In this document: in pieces, positions 33,911 to 34,009 of the stretch
Layout of the letters: each line of letters starts with the position of its first letter
How positions within the stretch are numbered: the stretch's first letter is position 1
Notes under the pieces: generated by a model
What the model saw: only the letters and a program-made list of their open reading frames with translations
Databases searched by the model: none
Told to the model about the DNA's origin: nothing
Assembly: GCA_964397315.1 (NCBI GenBank)
Contig: CAYNHV010000015.1
Location: 1 to 34,009 of the forward strand
From: an uncultured Methanosarcinales archaeon
Lineage (GTDB): Archaea > Nanobdellota > Nanobdellia > Woesearchaeales > UBA12501
Reading direction: 5' to 3'
DNA length: 34,009 nucleotides
Position numbers and translations under genes: made by a program

Positions 33911-34009
33911 TATCTTGGTAGGATAACAGTTTTATTTAAAGTTTTTTGTTGCTTGGGCTCCCCAGAAACCCCCTATATAAAAAACCATAAGTTTCCCATT
34001 TCTTTAGAG

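Overview
Ordinary-looking chromosomal segment of an archaeon, most likely a DPANN lineage such as Woesearchaeota. The lineage is inferred from fibrillarin/Nop5, archaeal ValRS, PyrH and SecF-SecD, TATA-box promoters about 23-25 nt upstream of many start codons, and KGQ-type class III signal peptides. Contents in order: a 94-bp nested palindrome; a surface-glycosylation cluster (flippase-like, GT-C, two GT2, DUF2304, CYTH); a small HTH regulator with twin palindromic operators and a coupled membrane protein; valS/cysS; a pilin-like Ig protein coupled to a 1026-aa acidic secreted protein with a partial peptidoglycan-binding motif; THUMP-less ThiI; a GILT-like thioredoxin-fold protein; a structured, repeat-rich 0.55-kb intergenic region; glutaredoxin, gdhA, trehalose-6-P synthase, fibrillarin/nop5; a porG-porD-cutA-porA-porB operon whose porB carries a 368-aa LAGLIDADG intein; a pore-less voltage-sensor fusion protein; pyrH, secDF, a Cys-repeat membrane protein and pyrG. 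No tRNA, rRNA, CRISPR array or transposase was recognised. All family calls come from motif recognition by eye, not from database searches.
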